From the NCBI GenBank assembly GCA_964016885.1, contig OZ024745.1, positions 23,622,001-23,686,000 of the forward strand: a stretch of 64,000 nt of DNA, given 5' to 3'. The notes beneath the pieces are model-generated. The model did no database searches. It was given only the letters and a program-made list of their open reading frames with translations, and had not been told where the DNA came from. A program made the position numbers and the translations under genes. This DNA is from Eledone cirrhosa. Its lineage: Eukaryota. Each line of letters opens with the position of its first letter. The first letter of the stretch is position 1. Shown here piece by piece: positions 62,322 through 64,000 of this stretch.

Positions 62322-62537
62322 TGAAGGCGCGTGGCTGAGTGGTTAGAGAATTGGATTCACAATCTTGAGGTTGCGAGTTCGATTCCTGGACCGGACGATG
62401 CGTTATGTCCCTGAGCAAGACACTTTATTTCACGTTGCTCCTTCTACCTGGAGTTGCGACCGATAGATAGTAATAGCAATTGGAAAGACTCATGGGAACA
62501 TTGTTTCCTCGGTCCGATTTGACGAAAGTCGATCGAC
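62322..62537 (+). mobile_element. tRNA-headed CORE-like SINE (family B)
   Basis: A-box 'tggctgagtggtta', B-box 'gagttcgattcc' and CORE-like 'tgtccctgagcaagacacttt'. Confidence 0.8.
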
Positions 62538-62661
62538 TGACTATATATATATATATACATTTGTTTGTGTGTGTGTGTTTGTGTGTGTGTTTGTGTGTGT
62601 GTGTGCGTATGTGTGTGTGTGTGTGTGTTTGTGTGTGTGTATTTGGGTGTGTGTTTGTGTG

Positions 62662-62714
<53 letters not shown>

Positions 62715-62896
62715 GTGCGTGCGTGTGCGTATGTGTGTGTGCGTGTGCGTATGTGTGTGTGTGTTAGTAAAAAGCTCGTGGTCGATCCTCTACTATTACT
62801 AATATACACAACCTGCATCATACCATATATTGAGTACTTCTTTGATTTCTGGTCTTGCCGGTCCCACTACCCCAGATTATATATAATATATATATA

Positions 62897-62986
62897 GGGA
62901 GAGAGAGAGAGATAGACAGCGATAGGTATATATATATATATATAGAGAGAGAGAGATAGATAGATAGATAGATAGACAGCGATAGG

Positions 62987-63020
<34 letters not shown>

Positions 63021-63047
63021 TAGATAGATAGATAGATAGACAGCGAT

Positions 63048-63094
<47 letters not shown>

Positions 63095-63120
63095 TAGATA
63101 GATAGATAGACAGCGATAGG

Positions 63121-63154
<34 letters not shown>

Positions 63155-63188
63155 TAGATAGATAGATAGATAGATAGACAGCGATAGG

Positions 63189-63222
<34 letters not shown>

Positions 63223-63253
63223 TAGATAGATAGATAGATAGATAGACAGCGAT

Positions 63254-63301
<48 letters not shown>

Positions 63302-63377
63302 AGAGAGAGAGAGATAGACAGCGATAGGTATATATATATATATAGAGAGAGAGATAGATAGATAGATAGACAGCGAT

Positions 63378-63411
<34 letters not shown>
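62897..63411. repeat. Compound tandem unit [(GA)n(GATA)n GACAGCGATAGG (TA)n] x8
   Basis: 'gacagcgatagg' recurs about every 60-75 bp. Confidence 0.92.
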
Positions 63412-63414
<3 letters not shown>

Positions 63415-63439
63415 GAGAGAGGGAGAGAGAGAAAGAGAT

Positions 63440-63496
<57 letters not shown>

Positions 63497-64000
63497 CTGA
63501 TGAATGTGGGAGGTAAAGAGCAAGAATGAAAACTGAATGACGGAAGGAAAGAAAAACTGAAAGAAAGAAGAAAAAAAAAGAAAAAAAGGGAGAAAGAAAG
63601 AAGGAAAGAAAATGAGAAATAGAAATTGATGGACAGAATGAGAAAATGACAGGAAGTGTGGTAGAGAGAGGTTGGAGGAAATATTGAGTGAGAGAGAGGG
63701 AGAGGTAAGACAGATAGAGGGGGGGGGGTGAGAGGGGGAGTGAGAGAGAGTGAGTGAAAGAGAGTGAGAGAGATAAGAGTGATAGATAGATGAGAGCGTG
63801 TGAGGGAATGATTGAGTGAGAGAGAGTCAGAGAGAGTGAGTGAGAGAGAGTGAGAGAGAGAGAGAGAGTGAGAAATAAGAGTGATAGATAGATTAGAACG
63901 TGTGAGGGAGTGATTTAGTGAGAGAGAGAGAGAGTGTGTGTGTGTGTGAGTGAGAGAGAACAAGAGATTGGAATAGAGAGAGAGAGAGAGAGAGAGAGAG

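Noticed and set aside
62322-62395. tRNA gene
   Set aside because: The tRNA-like head continues into a CORE-like SINE body, and a second copy has a TSD; it is a SINE.

Overview
This is a eukaryotic, repeat-saturated intronic or intergenic window. It is most likely an octopod cephalopod, inferred from recognisable octopus-type tRNA-SINE sequences and the extreme (TA)n/(CA)n/(CCA)n load. No host protein-coding gene can be called with confidence, and nearly all long ORFs in the track are microsatellite translations. The centrepiece is a head-to-tail pair of full-length, diverged Tx1/L1-clade non-LTR retrotransposons (25419-31235 and 31264-36965). Both are embedded in (ATCT)n and lack poly(A) tails. 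Each has an open APE-RT-zinc finger ORF2 and one nonsense codon in ORF1. In both copies a canonical GT donor at the end of ORF1 and a pyrimidine-tract/TAG acceptor coinciding with the ORF2 stop codon bracket ORF2, suggesting it can be spliced out as an intron. Around the pair are many Penelope-like (PLE) remnants and ORF-less hammerhead-ribozyme elements in (TA)n, including a ~430-bp retrozyme-like array with four minimal hammerheads and several core-variant hammerheads. The window also holds a Dong/R4 fragment in (TAA)n, RTE fragments, chained Helitrons, mariner and piggyBac MITEs, and many SINEs. All calls are by eye; no database searches were run.
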